Assembly: GCA_963745075.1 (NCBI GenBank)
Contig: CAVUWV010000001.1
Location: forward strand, 256,001 to 320,000
DNA from: Candidatus Hydrogenedentota bacterium
GTDB taxonomy: Bacteria; Hydrogenedentota; Hydrogenedentia; Hydrogenedentales; SLHB01
Reading direction: 5' to 3'
DNA length: 64,000 nt
Shown: piece after piece, positions 63,777 to 64,000 of the stretch
How the letters are laid out: every line of letters starts with the position of its first letter
Position numbering within the stretch: position 1 is the stretch's first letter
Notes under the pieces: generated by a model
The model's input: the letters and a program-made list of their open reading frames with translations, nothing else
Told to the model about the DNA's origin: nothing
Database searches by the model: none
Program-made: the position numbers and the translations under genes

Positions 63777-64000
63777 ATGCCAAAGTACGATGTGAATGTA
63801 GCATGGGATGATCCGTTCGACCATCTGGCCAATCGACGCGAGTCGGAGCGGTTCGATTTCCGGATCAAAATGTCTATTGCCGTCGAGCAAGCGGGAACGC
63901 GTTCGAGGCTGGTGGGGCCCGGAATCGTGCGCAATATTTCTCTGTCCGGCGCCAGCTTGGTGACCAAGCACGCGCTTGCGCCACGCCAGCGTATCACACT
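63777..64000 (+). CDS. PilZ-domain (c-di-GMP-binding) protein, 3' truncated by window
   Basis: Manual translation MPKYDVNVAWDDPFDHLANRRESERF...VRNISLSGA contains RRxxxR and NxSxxG; not in the ORF track. Confidence 0.8.
   Translation, partial: MPKYDVNVAWDDPFDHLANRRESERFDFRIKMSIAVEQAGTRSRLVGPGIVRNISLSGASLVTKHALAPRQRIT

Overview
GC-rich bacterial chromosomal window. The gene repertoire (ECF sigma fused to carboxypeptidase-regulatory-like repeats, an H-X9-DG-type protein, a TIGR02999-type ECF plus Ser/Thr kinase-WD40 pair) suggests Candidatus Hydrogenedentota or a PVC-like lineage; this is inference only. Core genes are cysC, a stand-alone ftsA, glgP, aroF-scpB-rluB and aceE-aceF-lpdA. They are interspersed with signalling genes, secreted proteins and several REP-like repeat families. 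Many accessory genes carry 1-nt frameshifts, which are either long-read errors or real decay. No rRNA, tRNA, CRISPR, integrase or transposase was recognised. The most striking features are: (1) a 229-bp tandem array at 61211-62038, in which an invariant 133-bp non-coding module alternates with synonymously diverged, mosaic copies of the last 32 codons of the neighbouring gene; (2) an integrase-less ~8.5-kb island (ECF sigma, kinase-WD40, S8 protease, secreted proteins) bounded by a duplicated 3' end of a hydrolase gene; (3) an orphan divergent FtsA behind a large acidic/coiled-coil protein, with an NrdR-box-like palindrome over the promoter; and (4) two tandem secreted paralogs with a candidate Cys-His-Asn/Asp triad.
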